Made by a program: the position numbers and the translations under genes. Below the pieces are notes generated by a model that did no database searches, was not told the DNA's origin, and saw only the letters and a program-made list of their open reading frames with translations. From positions 5,713-69,712 of the forward strand of contig JAHCHD010000002.1 in assembly GCA_026129915.1 (NCBI GenBank): a stretch of DNA of 64,000 bases. Reading direction: 5' to 3'. The DNA is from Bryobacterales bacterium. Lineage in GTDB: Bacteria > Acidobacteriota > Terriglobia > Bryobacterales > Bryobacteraceae. Positions 54,265 through 64,000 of this stretch are shown in pieces. The number at the start of each line of letters is the position of its first letter. Position 1 is the stretch's first letter.

Positions 54265-55227
54265 CCCGCTTGGGTGGCGCCTGGCTTCACGCCTCCCTGC
54301 ACCGGAGGTTTCGGAGATCCGCCGGTTACCACCGTGGAATCGATGAGGCGCCGCAGTTCCCGGCGGGCAATGTTCGCCCATTCGCCCTGCGGGTCGAGCT
54401 TCAGGAATCGCTTCCAGTGCCGCGTGGCTTCCATGGTGCGGCCCAGGTTCTGCAACAGGAGAGCAAGGTTGTAATGGGCGTCTACATAGTCAGGATCCAG
54501 CGAAAGCGTGGAGTGGTAAAGCTCGATCGCCTTTTCAAACTGGCCCTGTTCGTCGCAGAGGCTGGCCAGGTTGAAGTGCGCCAGTACATAGCGCGGATGC
54601 AACTCGATGGCGGCTCGGTAGTGCTGCTCGGCCAGCTTCAGCTTCTTCTGGTTGAAGTAAAGCGTACCGAGGTTCAGATGGGCGCCGAAGCACTGGGAAT
54701 CGAGAGACAGCGCGTGCTTGTAGAGCGGAATCACCTCGGCTGAGGGCGCCCCCTGGTTCTCGCGTTCCAGCGCTCGGAAGAAGGCATCCGCAGCTTCCTG
54801 CTTGCGCTTGTCATTGGCACTATTGCGGGAAGCGGCGGAGGGTGCCGGGAACGACCGGATCACCTCGAGTTCCGCGGGCGCCAGTTCCAGCAGCAATTGC
54901 CCGCTGGACGCTTCCATTTCGCAGCCTTCCCAATGCAGGGCCAGCCTCCGGCCTACGGCGGCGCAGCCGAAAATCGTGCAGGGAAACGGTATGGGGGCCG
55001 AATCGGCGTTGCAGTGCGCTCACCAGCGAGGGCACGCCGCCGGCTGGGAAGCCCGCCTCCTTCAAGGTCCTCAGGTTGGCAAGCAGCAGCAGATCCCGGG
55101 AGTCATAGGTATCTTTCTGAGGAAACAGGCCCTTACGCACCCAGGCAGCCAATTGGCGTGACGAGATTCTGGCGGATCGCAGCAACTGACTGCGCGTCAG
55201 CGCGGCAGGAAGCTCTAAGCCCGGCAC
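54261..55227 (-). pseudogene. MerR-like HTH + TPR-repeat protein interrupted by a frameshift
   Basis: ORF 54820..55227 has the N-terminal HTH-like segment LTRSQLLRSARISSRQLAAWVRKGL. The frame of ORF 54261..54917 is open back to 55019 (..PIPFPCTIFGCAAVGRRLALHWEGCEMEASSGQLLL) and then carries 4-5 TPRs. Removing one G from the G5 run 54993-54997 fuses the two. This may be a sequencing indel. Confidence 0.65.
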
Positions 55228-55361
55228 GGTTGGATTGTATCATGCACCTTGCGGGCGGGCCGTTCCAGTACCCTCCGTCGTCATCCATCGAAGGGGATGT
55301 CCGGCCCGCCTAACAGCGATCTCGGACCATATTTGACTTATTTCCCCTCCTGACACATACT

Positions 55362-55634
55362 ATGGGTGTGATGCAAGTGGATTTCAACTCCAAGGGAGTG
55401 CTGAAGGCCCTGCTTTCAGAACTCCGTGAAGGCCAGCAAGCGGTTCTGGAGAGTCTCGATCTCCCGGAAGACATCGCCATGCGACTGATGGAGTTGGGCT
55501 TCCTGCCCGGGCAAGCGATTCGCGCCTGCCAAAGTGCGCCTGGCGGCGACCCGCGAATCTTCCGCATCGACGGCAGCCAGATTGCGCTTCGCCGGGAAAC
55601 CACCAGCCGGATTCAGGTGCGGGTGGCGTCCTAG
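55362..55634 (+). CDS. feoA: Ferrous iron transport protein A
   Basis: The motif is LSELREGQQAVLESL..MRLMELGFLPGQAIR, an SH3-like FeoA domain. ATG 55371 is an alternative start. Confidence 0.85.
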   Translation: MGVMQVDFNSKGVLKALLSELREGQQAVLESLDLPEDIAMRLMELGFLPGQAIRACQSAPGGDPRIFRIDGSQIALRRETTSRIQVRVAS

Positions 55635-55717
55635 GATCGTCTCTCCTGCCTCCGCTCTAGAACTTCCCAGCCGTCTTCCCCGGCTGATACGATCGAGACG
55701 AAGAACCGCATCCCTTC

Positions 55718-57625
55718 ATGAGTGACAGCCACAGCACACCTGGTACTTCCGCTTCTGTAGCTCTGCCGCCTGTGCCCGCCATCGGAGGATCCGGGCATCG
55801 CATCATCGCGCTGATTGGCCCCCCAAACTCTGGCAAGTCTACCCTCTTCAATCGGCTGACCGGTCTTAACCAGAAAGTGGCAAACTACCCTGGCGTGACG
55901 GTGGACTACCACACCGGGCAGATACAACTGAACAGCCGCACGCTAGACCTGATTGACCTGCCCGGGGTTTACAGCCTTACTCCCCGCAGTGAAGATGAAC
56001 AGGTAACCCACGATGTGCTGGCGGGCACGATGCCGGGTATCGCCAAGCCGGATGCCGTACTGCTGATTCTGGACGCCACCAACCTCAGCCGCCACTTGAT
56101 GCTGGCCGCCCCGGTGCTCAGCAAAGGCCTGCCGACGCTGGTACTGCTGAACATGGCCGACGACCTCCGCAAGCGCGGCGGGAATGTGGATACAGAGAAG
56201 CTTGCTGACCAGCTCGGCGCACCGGTGGCCCTCATTAGCGCGGCGCGCGGTGAGGGATTGGAAACCATTCGTGCCTTCCTTGCTGGAACGGTTGCGCTGC
56301 CACGCCCGGTGGAACTGCCCATTTTGCAGAATGTGCCCGCCTGCCGCCAATGGGCCGGCCGCATGTCCAGCGCGGCGGGCTATCGCAGCCCGGCAGCGCC
56401 CATCTGGACCCAGCGCCTGGACGCCATCTTCCTGCATCCCTTGTTCGGACCCCTGATTTTCCTGGCCGTGATGCTGCTAGTGTTCCAGAGCATCTTCGTG
56501 GCTGCCCAGCCGCTAATGGATGGAGTGGAGGAAGTAATTGGCGCCTCCGGCGAATGGATGCGCGGCGCCCTTACCAACCCCTGGCTGCAATCGCTGATTG
56601 TCGACGGCGTCTGGAGCGGTGTGGGCAGCGTGGTGGTGTTCCTGCCGCAGATCCTCATCCTGTTCACCTTCATTGGCATCCTGGAGGATTCCGGCTATCT
56701 GGCACGCGCGGCGGTGATTTCCGACCGCACCATGGCCCGTGTGGGCCTGCAGGGAAAGAGTTTCATCCCGTTACTTTCGGCCTATGCCTGCGCCATTCCA
56801 GCCATCATGGCCACGCGGACGATTGAGAGCAAGCGCGACCGGCTGGCCACGATCCTGATTGCGCCCTTCATGACCTGCTCGGCACGGTTGCCGGTATACG
56901 CCCTCATCATTGCCGCCTTCCTTCCGGAACGCCAACTACTGGGCCCCTTTCTGGGCGTGCGCGCCGCCATGCTGCTGGGGCTTTACGCGCTGGGCTTCGC
57001 CGCCGCTATCGCCACCGCGGCAGTGCTGCAAAGCTCCGTACTGAAGGCCCGCCGCCAGCCCTTCGTGATGGAACTGCCACCCTACCGCTGGCCCACCTGG
57101 CAATCGATTGGCCTGCGCCTGCTTGACCGTTCCCGGATCTTCCTCACTCGCGCGGGCACGGTGATTCTGGGGGTAAGTATCGTGCTGTGGGCGCTATCGA
57201 GCCTGCCCCTGCAGGACGGACAGGCGCCTCCCATTGAACAGAGCCTTGCGGGCACACTGGGCCGCACGATCGAACCGGTGATCAAGCCGCTTGGCTTTGA
57301 CTGGCGCATCGGCATCGGGCTGATCACATCACTGGCCGCGCGCGAGGTAATCGTAGGCACTTTGGGCACGATATACGGCATTGAGGGCGGCGATGAAACC
57401 AGCATGGGGCTGCAGGAGGCGCTGCGCCAGAACCTCGACTTCCCCGGCGCTGTTGCGCTGCTTGTGTTCTTCGCCTTCGCAATGCAGTGCTTTTCCACGA
57501 TCGCGGTGGTGAAGCGAGAAACTGGCGGCTGGAAACACCCGATCTACCAGTTCACCTACATGACCGCACTCGCCTACGTTGCCGCGTTCGCGGTGAACCA
57601 CATGCTCCGCTGGTGGGGCGTGTAG
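55718..57625 (+). CDS. feoB: Ferrous iron transporter B
   Basis: The G-domain is IALIGPPNSGKSTLFNRLTG, DLPG and NMAD. It is followed by the polytopic gate domains. Confidence 0.93.
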   Translation: MSDSHSTPGTSASVALPPVPAIGGSGHRIIALIGPPNSGKSTLFNRLTGLNQKVANYPGVTVDYHTGQIQLNSRTLDLIDLPGVYSLTPRSEDEQVTHDVLAGTMPGIAKPDAVLLILDATNLSRHLMLAAPVLSKGLPTLVLLNMADDLRKRGGNVDTEKLADQLGAPVALISAARGEGLETIRAFLAGTVALPRPVELPILQNVPACRQWAGRMSSAAGYRSPAAPIWTQRLDAIFLHPLFGPLIFLAVMLLVFQSIFVAAQPLMDGVEEVIGASGEWMRGALTNPWLQSLIVDGVWSGVGSVVVFLPQILILFTFIGILEDSGYLARAAVISDRTMARVGLQGKSFIPLLSAYACAIPAIMATRTIESKRDRLATILIAPFMTCSARLPVYALIIAAFLPERQLLGPFLGVRAAMLLGLYALGFAAAIATAAVLQSSVLKARRQPFVMELPPYRWPTWQSIGLRLLDRSRIFLTRAGTVILGVSIVLWALSSLPLQDGQAPPIEQSLAGTLGRTIEPVIKPLGFDWRIGIGLITSLAAREVIVGTLGTIYGIEGGDETSMGLQEALRQNLDFPGAVALLVFFAFAMQCFSTIAVVKRETGGWKHPIYQFTYMTALAYVAAFAVNHMLRWWGV

Positions 57626-57635
57626 CCGCGCCTGC

Positions 57636-57995
57636 TCAGGTGTAGTCGAGGTCAATCACGATCAGTTCGTTGGTGTCTTCGCAGAGATCCATCGCCCATT
57701 CATCGTCGAGCCGCTCCATCCGCTCCTGCGCCGTGTCGAGGTAAGAAGATGCCTGTACCAGGATGTAGAGGCGCTCTACTGACTCCGCGCCCGGCTCGTC
57801 GTCTTCGTCATATTCCACACTCAATGTGCGGTTGGCGCCCGGGAAGTGCTTTTCGATGTGGGGCACGCTGCCGGCCAGGTACTCAAGCAGCCTAGGGTGC
57901 TTCCTCAAGAATTCCACGGTGGCGGGATAGTCCTCAAACAGATAGTTACTCGCCAGGTTATCCAGTTCTTCGGCGAAGGGAAGGGCGTGGTCCAT
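57636..57995 (-). CDS. Acidic 119-aa hypothetical protein
   Basis: The ORF is intact and D/E-rich, with no motif recognised. Confidence 0.5.
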   Translation of the reverse strand: MDHALPFAEELDNLASNYLFEDYPATVEFLRKHPRLLEYLAGSVPHIEKHFPGANRTLSVEYDEDDEPGAESVERLYILVQASSYLDTAQERMERLDDEWAMDLCEDTNELIVIDLDYT

Positions 57996-58015
57996 GTGTA
58001 ATTCTCCGGACGCTC

Positions 58016-59149
58016 TTAAGGCAACACTTCTTCATTGCGCAACGCCTCATCCAGGGCTTCCACGAAGTAGTAGTCCCCCCAAATGACACTCTCATTGATC
58101 CCGAGCTTCTGGTGCATGTGGTACACGCCGTTGCGCAGGATACCCTCGTGGTGAGTATCGGCGGCAAGATGATCCTCGCAGAGCGTGCGCAGAATCTTGC
58201 GGGCCACCTGCCCATAGAGATGCCCCTTGGTGATATCGGGAATTACGCGGGCAAGCTTGAAGAGACCGGAGGCGGCAATGGCGGCAGCGGAAGTATCCAC
58301 GGGCGCATCGCCGTTGCTGGGGACGTCGAAGTCCCAAAGCGGCACTCCGTTGGAGGGGCAATGGTGGATATAGAAGTCCGCACAGGCCTCGGCCGTCAGG
58401 ACAAGGCGCGCGTCGCCACAGTATTCAAAGGCATTGCTGAACCCATAAATGGCCCAGGAGAGGCCGCGGCTCCAGCAGGAATCCGCGCGGTAGCCCTGGT
58501 GCGTGCTCTGCCTGAGGAACTCTCCTGTGGCCGGGTCGAAGATTCCCTCCTGCGCCACGGAGCCGTCGCCGCGCACCAGTTTCCGGCGTACCGACAGGCA
58601 GGTCTGCATGGCGATATCCATCAGTTCCGTACTGCTAACCTCAAGGGCCGCATGGAAAAGAAGCCCCACGTTCATCATCACGTCGATGAACATGCTCTCG
58701 TTGGAGATGAAGGAAGCGAGATAGCGTCCTCCGGGCTGATACCGGCTGGCCAGCGTGCGTGCCGCCTGCACCAGGACATCGTTGATCTCCGAGTCGTCGG
58801 TGATCTCAAACCACCGATAGAAGGTGGTCATGAAGATGAAGCCCAGGTCGTGCACATCGCCGTCGTGTTTCCGCGGTTCGAGCGGACGGGTGTAGCGGAT
58901 CGCCTGCTCGCGCCACCACTGGGCGGAGGATTCGTCAGGGTCGCTGGCCGCAAAAATCCACATCATACCGGGCAGGAACCCATCGCACCAGTAGGTCCAG
59001 GGCGGAAGATCGTGGCGCCACTTCCCCTCGTGCGTGTACATGGGGTAGAAATCGGGATCATTCTCCACCAGAGAGCGTACCCGCTGCTGCGCCAAAAGGT
59101 AGGCATCCACAAACAGATGCTGATCCTTGCTAGAAGTGAGGTCGATCAT
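58016..59149 (-). CDS. Glycoside hydrolase family 88-like (unsaturated glucuronyl hydrolase)
   Basis: Motifs are WCDGFLPGMMW, HDLGF, WSRGLSWAIYGF and DTSAAAIAASGL. Confidence 0.8.
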   Translation of the reverse strand: MIDLTSSKDQHLFVDAYLLAQQRVRSLVENDPDFYPMYTHEGKWRHDLPPWTYWCDGFLPGMMWIFAASDPDESSAQWWREQAIRYTRPLEPRKHDGDVHDLGFIFMTTFYRWFEITDDSEINDVLVQAARTLASRYQPGGRYLASFISNESMFIDVMMNVGLLFHAALEVSSTELMDIAMQTCLSVRRKLVRGDGSVAQEGIFDPATGEFLRQSTHQGYRADSCWSRGLSWAIYGFSNAFEYCGDARLVLTAEACADFYIHHCPSNGVPLWDFDVPSNGDAPVDTSAAAIAASGLFKLARVIPDITKGHLYGQVARKILRTLCEDHLAADTHHEGILRNGVYHMHQKLGINESVIWGDYYFVEALDEALRNEEVLP

Positions 59150-59292
59150 GGAGAGGCTCCTGCCGGGACTAGCGTAACATCTTCGCGGGGCGAATTCCGA
59201 AGTGGGTCAGGCGAGCCGGACAGGCGCAATCGCAGGCCGCCTGCCGGTGAGTTTTCCGGGCGGCGGGTTCACTGCCGTATGCTGGTAGGTGG

Positions 59293-61677
59293 ATGCAGCT
59301 TTCTCCAACCCGCAACCGCCAGGATTGGCCCCGGGTTTACCTTGGCGTTTTCTTCGCCACCCTAGCCACACTGATTCTGGAACTTGCGCTGACGCGCCTG
59401 TTTTCCGTAGTTTTTTATTACCACTTCGCATTTCTGGCGATCTCAATAGCGCTTTTTGGGCTGGGCGGCGGCGGACTGCTATCGTACCTGCTTGGCCGGC
59501 GGGCGGATTACCAGCGGAGCGCCGCATGGCTTCTGCTGGGCAATGCGGCGGTGATCCCACTGGCCCTGCTGGCATTCGTCTCGGTGAAGGGCGAACCAGG
59601 CGTGGGCCTGCTAGCAGGCGTGTTTTTTGTGGCGGCCATCCCGTTCTTTATTGCGGGCGCCGTGCTCTCCCTAGTGATTGGCGAAACCATCGAGCGCGTC
59701 GACCGGGTGTATTTTTTTGACCTTCTTGGGGCCGCCGCCGGCTGCCTGCTGCTGGTGCCCTTTCTGAACAGCTTTGGTGCTCCTAATACCGTTCTTGCGG
59801 CAGCGGTGACCTACGCGGTAGCCGCTTCGCTATGGTTTTCCGCCAGCCGTATGGCCGCCATGCGCGCCCTGGGCGTGGGTGCTGCGCTGGCGCTGGTTTG
59901 CCTAATGGTGGTGAACGGAAAAACCCGTGTTCTGGACCTTCGCTTCGCCAAGGGTAAGGAACTTGGCCAGGAGCTTTTCGTGAAGTGGAACAGCTTCTCG
60001 CGTGTTGCGCTGAGGACTCCCGCTGGCCAGCAACAGCCGGAGATTGTGATTGACGGCGATGCCAGCACGGGTATCCCGCCCTATGACCTTGGCAACCTTT
60101 CCGCTGAAGATCGCAACACGCTGCTGGGCATGGGTCCTGGTTTTGTGTACAACCTGCGACCGGCCGCTTCGACAGTGGTGATTGGCGCAGGGGGCGGATG
60201 GGACCTCGCGCGGGCTCTGGCGAGCGGCAGCACCGACGTGACGGGTGTGGAGATTAACCCCGCCATCGCCCAGACCATCATGCGGGAGCGCTATCCGGAA
60301 CTCAGCCGCCGTCTGTACGAACGTCCGGAAGTGACCATCGCCGTGGAAGATGGCCGCAGTTTCGTGCGGCGCGCCACGCGCCAGTGGGACGTGATTCAAC
60401 TCACGCTGGTAGACACCTGGGCCTCTACCGCCGCGGGCGCCTTCGCCCTGACGGAAAATAACCTGTACACCACGCAGGCGTTTGAGGACTATCTGCACAA
60501 GCTCTCACCGCGGGGCGTGCTGGCGTTCACCCGCTGGGGCTTCACCACTCCCAGGGAAAGCCTGCGCCTTGTAGCGCTTGCGCGGGCCGCATTCCAGAAA
60601 ATGGGAGTGGAAGATATTGCGAGCCACGTGATTGTGGTGCGCGAGAACAGTCCGCTGCTGGATGGCTGGGGCGCGCTGGATACCATCCTGATAGGCCGGC
60701 AGCCCTTCACAGCCGATGACCTTGCCACTGCCTCCGCCCAGGCGGCCGCGCGCGGGCTCGACGTAGTCTACCTGCCTGGCCTGGCAGGCGACAGCGCCTT
60801 CCATCAACTGCTGGGAACTCGCGACGCCCCGGCTTTCTACGCTGCCTACCCCTTTGACGTTTCGCCCGTGGACGACAACCGGCCTTTCTTCTTCTATACG
60901 GTGCAGCCGCGCGACCTATGGGGCATGTTCCGCAGTGTGGGCAAAGGCAGCGCCGACTACAACATCAACCGTGCCCTTCCTACTTTGTTTGGACTCTTTG
61001 GGGTGAGCCTTGGGGCCACGGCCATTGTACTGCTGCTGCCCGCGCTGTTCCTGCGAACACGGCTGCCGCGAGACCCGCGCGTAAAGAGCTTCCTGCTGTA
61101 TTTCGTATGCCTGGGCGCGGGCTATATCCTGGTGCAGGTATCTGCCATCCAGCGCTTTGTGCTGCTGCTGGGGCATCCCACCTACTCGCTGACGGTAATT
61201 GTTTTCTCGATGCTCGTCTTCAGCGGACTCGGCAGTTTCTTCAGCAGCCGCCTGGTGCGGGATAGCCTGAGACGGCTGCGTTTGGTGCTGGCGCTGGCAG
61301 CCGTGGAAATCGCTGTACTGGCCTTGCTGGTGGGGCCACTGACGGACGCCGCGGTTAGCTGGGCCGCTCCCTGGAAGATCGCCCTTACCATCGTAGCCAT
61401 CGGCATCCCTGCCTTCACCATGGGCATTCCCTTCCCCATGGGCCTTCAATTGCTGGAACGGCTGCATGCTCCCTCTGTCCGCTGGGCGTGGGCGCTGAAC
61501 GCTGCAGCCAGCGTGCTTGGCTCGGTGACTGCGATTGTGCTGGCCATCTCCCTGGGACTGCGCGAAACAATGCTGGCCGGTTGCGCGTGCTATGTGCTCG
61601 CGGCGGCGGCACTTTGGCTGCTGCCCGCGCCCACGGCACCGGTTGCGGCACAAGAAGCCGTCGCTACGGAAGCATAG
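59293..61677 (+). CDS. Membrane-embedded spermidine/spermine-synthase-family protein (N- and C-terminal TM bundles around an aminopropyltransferase-like domain)
   Basis: The central motifs are VVIGAGGGWDLARAL..VTGVEINPAI..WDVIQLTLVDTW. Multiple TM helices lie on either side. Confidence 0.75.
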   Translation: MQLSPTRNRQDWPRVYLGVFFATLATLILELALTRLFSVVFYYHFAFLAISIALFGLGGGGLLSYLLGRRADYQRSAAWLLLGNAAVIPLALLAFVSVKGEPGVGLLAGVFFVAAIPFFIAGAVLSLVIGETIERVDRVYFFDLLGAAAGCLLLVPFLNSFGAPNTVLAAAVTYAVAASLWFSASRMAAMRALGVGAALALVCLMVVNGKTRVLDLRFAKGKELGQELFVKWNSFSRVALRTPAGQQQPEIVIDGDASTGIPPYDLGNLSAEDRNTLLGMGPGFVYNLRPAASTVVIGAGGGWDLARALASGSTDVTGVEINPAIAQTIMRERYPELSRRLYERPEVTIAVEDGRSFVRRATRQWDVIQLTLVDTWASTAAGAFALTENNLYTTQAFEDYLHKLSPRGVLAFTRWGFTTPRESLRLVALARAAFQKMGVEDIASHVIVVRENSPLLDGWGALDTILIGRQPFTADDLATASAQAAARGLDVVYLPGLAGDSAFHQLLGTRDAPAFYAAYPFDVSPVDDNRPFFFYTVQPRDLWGMFRSVGKGSADYNINRALPTLFGLFGVSLGATAIVLLLPALFLRTRLPRDPRVKSFLLYFVCLGAGYILVQVSAIQRFVLLLGHPTYSLTVIVFSMLVFSGLGSFFSSRLVRDSLRRLRLVLALAAVEIAVLALLVGPLTDAAVSWAAPWKIALTIVAIGIPAFTMGIPFPMGLQLLERLHAPSVRWAWALNAAASVLGSVTAIVLAISLGLRETMLAGCACYVLAAAALWLLPAPTAPVAAQEAVATEA

Positions 61678-62593
61678 CCCCACCGGCTGGCTCAATATGC
61701 ACCAGCACGTCAGCCACCCAGGGCAGTTTCGCGCGCAGATGGGCACGAACTTCAGAGGCAATCTCGTGGGACGCCTGGACGGTGATGTGGGGGTCTACCT
61801 CCACATGGAGATCCACGTGATACTGCAAACCGGTCTTGCGGGCATAGCACTTTTCAATGGCCACCACACCAGGGACGCCTACGGCGTGAGCCCGAATCTG
61901 TGCAATCTGCTCCCCGTCGGGCATGGTATCCATCAGTTCCAGTGAGCTTTCGCGCAGCACTCGCAGACCCGTAATGATTACGAAGAACCCCACCGCGAAA
62001 CCGCCATAGTGGTCGGCGGCGCGAAAGCGGTCTGAATCCGCGAGCGACAACCCCAATGCGGTGAGCGCGGCAAAGGCGGAGATAATGTCGACGAGGTCGT
62101 TCCAGGCGTCAGCCGCAAGGGCGCTGCTTTGGATTCGCTTGCCCACTCGAAACTTCAGCGCAGCCATGCCAGCCCGCGCAACAATAGCACCCACCAGTGG
62201 CCATAGCGCCCACAGCGGCGGCGCGGGGTGGATCTCGTCGATCTTCTGCAACGAGCGGAAACTGATGCCAATGCCCGCCAGAAAAAGGATGGTGCCCACC
62301 GCAAGGGCCGTGAGGATCTCCGCGCGTCCATGGCCGTAAGGATGGTTACTGTCAGCCGGGCGGGCAGCCACCATCATGCCAAAGAGCACCAGCAGAGAAG
62401 CCACTACGTCGCCGGCGAATTCCAGGCCCGCAGCGAGGACGGAAGTGGAGTTGGCTACGTACCCAACCGCAATATTCGCCAATGCGAGCACCGCGCTTAC
62501 GGCCACACTGGCAATCGCAACGCGCCTGCCCAACTGCCAGTCTGCTTCGTTCGATTGGATGCGAAGGGTGGCCGGTATCGGGTCAGCGGGCAT
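61664..62593 (-). CDS. Cation diffusion facilitator (CDF) family metal efflux protein
   Basis: It has six TM helices with the HD/DxxxD-type sites AGDVVASL and AWNDLVDIIS. The C-terminal cytoplasmic domain is VDLHVEVDP..VLVHIEP. Confidence 0.85.
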   Translation of the reverse strand: MPADPIPATLRIQSNEADWQLGRRVAIASVAVSAVLALANIAVGYVANSTSVLAAGLEFAGDVVASLLVLFGMMVAARPADSNHPYGHGRAEILTALAVGTILFLAGIGISFRSLQKIDEIHPAPPLWALWPLVGAIVARAGMAALKFRVGKRIQSSALAADAWNDLVDIISAFAALTALGLSLADSDRFRAADHYGGFAVGFFVIITGLRVLRESSLELMDTMPDGEQIAQIRAHAVGVPGVVAIEKCYARKTGLQYHVDLHVEVDPHITVQASHEIASEVRAHLRAKLPWVADVLVHIEPAGGAMLP

Positions 62594-62659
62594 CGCCCCA
62601 GAATAGCATCGCGGCCTGCACCATCAGGCCTGTTGGATAGAATAGAGGAGCACGCCACG

Positions 62660-63856
62660 ATGATGCGTGTTACCCGTTCATTTCACCAGATACCCATGCA
62701 AATTTCAGGAATCCACCCCACCACCGGGCTCCACACCACCGTGGAATTCGATCGATCGATCCAGAGTGTCACTACAGAGGGAGCCCCTGCCACGCCGGGC
62801 GCGGAAGCGCTTTATCTGGCGCCTGGCTTTATCGACGTACAGGTGAATGGGTTCGCTGGCGTAGACTACTGCCAGTCAATCACGGCGGTGGAGGAGATCG
62901 GCCGGTCGATCGACGTGATTCACACCAGCGGCACCAGCCTCTTCTTCCCCACGGTGATCACGAACTCCCCCGAAGAGATGGTTGGAGCGCTACGCAATCT
63001 CGCCGCCGCCAAGGAGAGCCTTCCCAATGGGGCGGCAATGGATGGCTTCCACGTGGAGGGTCCGTTTATCTCTCCCCACGATGGCCCCCGCGGCGCACAC
63101 CCGCAACGCTGGGTGACGAAGCCTGACCTTGACCTCTACAAACGCATGCAGGAGGCTGCCCGGGGGCAAGTGAAGCTGTTCACGCTTAGCCCGGAATGGG
63201 ACGAAGCTCCGGCCTTCATCGAAGCGGTGGCCGCCGATGGTGTCACCGTAAGTATCGGGCACACCTCTGCAACGACCGAGCAGATTGAAGCGGCGGTAGC
63301 AGCAGGCGCCACGATGTCCACACATATTGGCAACGGCGCGCACAAGACACTGCCGCGCCACCCTAATTACCTCTGGCAGCAACTCGCCGATGATCGCCTG
63401 TACGCAGGCATCATTGGCGATGGCATCCACGTTGGCCGGGATTTCCTGCGCGTGGCACTGCGCGCAAAAGGCCTTGATCTTGCCGTTCTAGTGACCGACG
63501 CCGCCATGCCGGCCGGCTGCGAGCCTGGACCCTACATGCTTGGCGAAGTGGAAGTGGAGCTGCTACCCCCCGGGGACCGCGTAGTGTTGCGCGGCGGCGA
63601 CCGTCTCGCGGGCTCTGCGCTGTTCATGCACAAGGGCGTGGAAAAGCTGATGACCCTCGGGAAGCTGTCACTGGCGGATGCCGTACGCGTGAGCACTGTG
63701 AATCCAGCGCGCTGCTGCAACGTGGAGGGCCGCAAGGCGGGTTTGGTGGCGGGCGATCGCGCCGACTTCGTGCTATTTCGCTGCCATCCGGAAACGCTGG
63801 ACGTGCAAGTGGTGCAGACCTGGGTGAACGGCAAGAGAGTCTACCAGGCAAACTAG
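62660..63856 (+). CDS. nagA: N-acetylglucosamine-6-phosphate deacetylase
   Basis: Motifs are APGFIDVQVNGFAG, HVEGPFIS, SIGHTSA, HIGNG and DAAMPAG. ATG 62660 follows AGAGGAG. Confidence 0.88.
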   Translation: MMRVTRSFHQIPMQISGIHPTTGLHTTVEFDRSIQSVTTEGAPATPGAEALYLAPGFIDVQVNGFAGVDYCQSITAVEEIGRSIDVIHTSGTSLFFPTVITNSPEEMVGALRNLAAAKESLPNGAAMDGFHVEGPFISPHDGPRGAHPQRWVTKPDLDLYKRMQEAARGQVKLFTLSPEWDEAPAFIEAVAADGVTVSIGHTSATTEQIEAAVAAGATMSTHIGNGAHKTLPRHPNYLWQQLADDRLYAGIIGDGIHVGRDFLRVALRAKGLDLAVLVTDAAMPAGCEPGPYMLGEVEVELLPPGDRVVLRGGDRLAGSALFMHKGVEKLMTLGKLSLADAVRVSTVNPARCCNVEGRKAGLVAGDRADFVLFRCHPETLDVQVVQTWVNGKRVYQAN

Positions 63857-64000
63857 CGCACCCGTGGCCGGCGGAATGCCGGCCATCCCGTCACAAGAAC
63901 CCGAAAGGATACCTACTCTACGGCCATGTTCTCTGTTGCATTGAAGCACCGCCCCCCGCTCGACCCCGGCTTCCTACCGGCCTCCGCCTGGAACCGCGCC

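Noticed and set aside
55333-55371. TTGACT-17-CATACT immediately before the feoA start, implying a leaderless feoA. I also looked for a Fur box.
   Set aside because: The hexamers are only moderate matches, and the -10 element abuts ATG 55362, which makes the geometry doubtful. I could not recognise a Fur-box-like 19-mer. It is too speculative without TSS data.
61664-61677. 14-nt 3'-end overlap of the convergent spermidine-synthase-like and CDF genes, considered as a regulatory antisense feature.
   Set aside because: Short convergent overlaps are common in compact GC-rich genomes, and there is no additional structure or repeat.
63865-63885. Hairpin tggccggc-ggaat-gccggcca after nagA as a terminator, and a possible new ORF starting at ATG 63926 (MFSVALKHRPPLDPGF..).
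   Set aside because: The stem is only 8 bp with no T-tract. The ORF is only about 25 codons before the window ends, so neither can be supported.

Overview
This is a GC-rich bacterial chromosomal segment. The gene content looks like Acidobacteriota (Terriglobia-like): a PadR regulator paired with an 'acidobacterial duplicated orphan permease' (ADOP), a PEP-CTERM lectin, an ECF sigma factor paired with a Ser/Thr kinase, and ECF sigma/anti-sigma/DUF4252 genes. That taxonomic call is inference only. Most of the window is ordinary core metabolism and envelope genes: gdhA, gltBD with a divergent LysR regulator, lpxB, thiL, feoAB, nagA, a CDF transporter, a GH88 hydrolase, a split chromate transporter and a membrane spermidine-synthase-like protein.

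Three regions look accessory.
(1) 12.37-14.31 kb is the most interesting locus. It is a tightly coupled three-gene operon encoding a TRIP13/Pch2-like AAA+ ATPase and two proteins of about 165 aa, the size of bacterial HORMA proteins. No CD-NTase or effector gene is nearby, so it looks like an orphan HORMA/TRIP13-type module with an unknown output.
(2) 24.8-30.5 kb is a mobile-DNA patch. It contains an IS1182-family transposase, an IS200-like Y1 (REP-associated, RAYT-like) transposase flanked by inverted 16-mers, decamer tandem repeats, a roughly 150-nt imperfect palindrome, and a repeat-containing orphan protein.
(3) 41.3-53.3 kb is an arsenic-resistance island: arsC, two arsR genes with different As-site architectures, an apparent ArsM-ArsD-AhpD-like triple fusion, arsA, acr3 and four small Cys-motif proteins. 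An RND pump follows it, and the pump's adaptor gene is frameshifted.

Two genes are broken by single-nucleotide frameshifts at C/G homopolymers, so sequencing indels are a real possibility. All calls rest on reading the six-frame translations, motif recognition from memory and inspection of the DNA by eye. No database searches were run. Start codons are often chosen differently from the ORF track, which opens at the first ATG/GTG/TTG.
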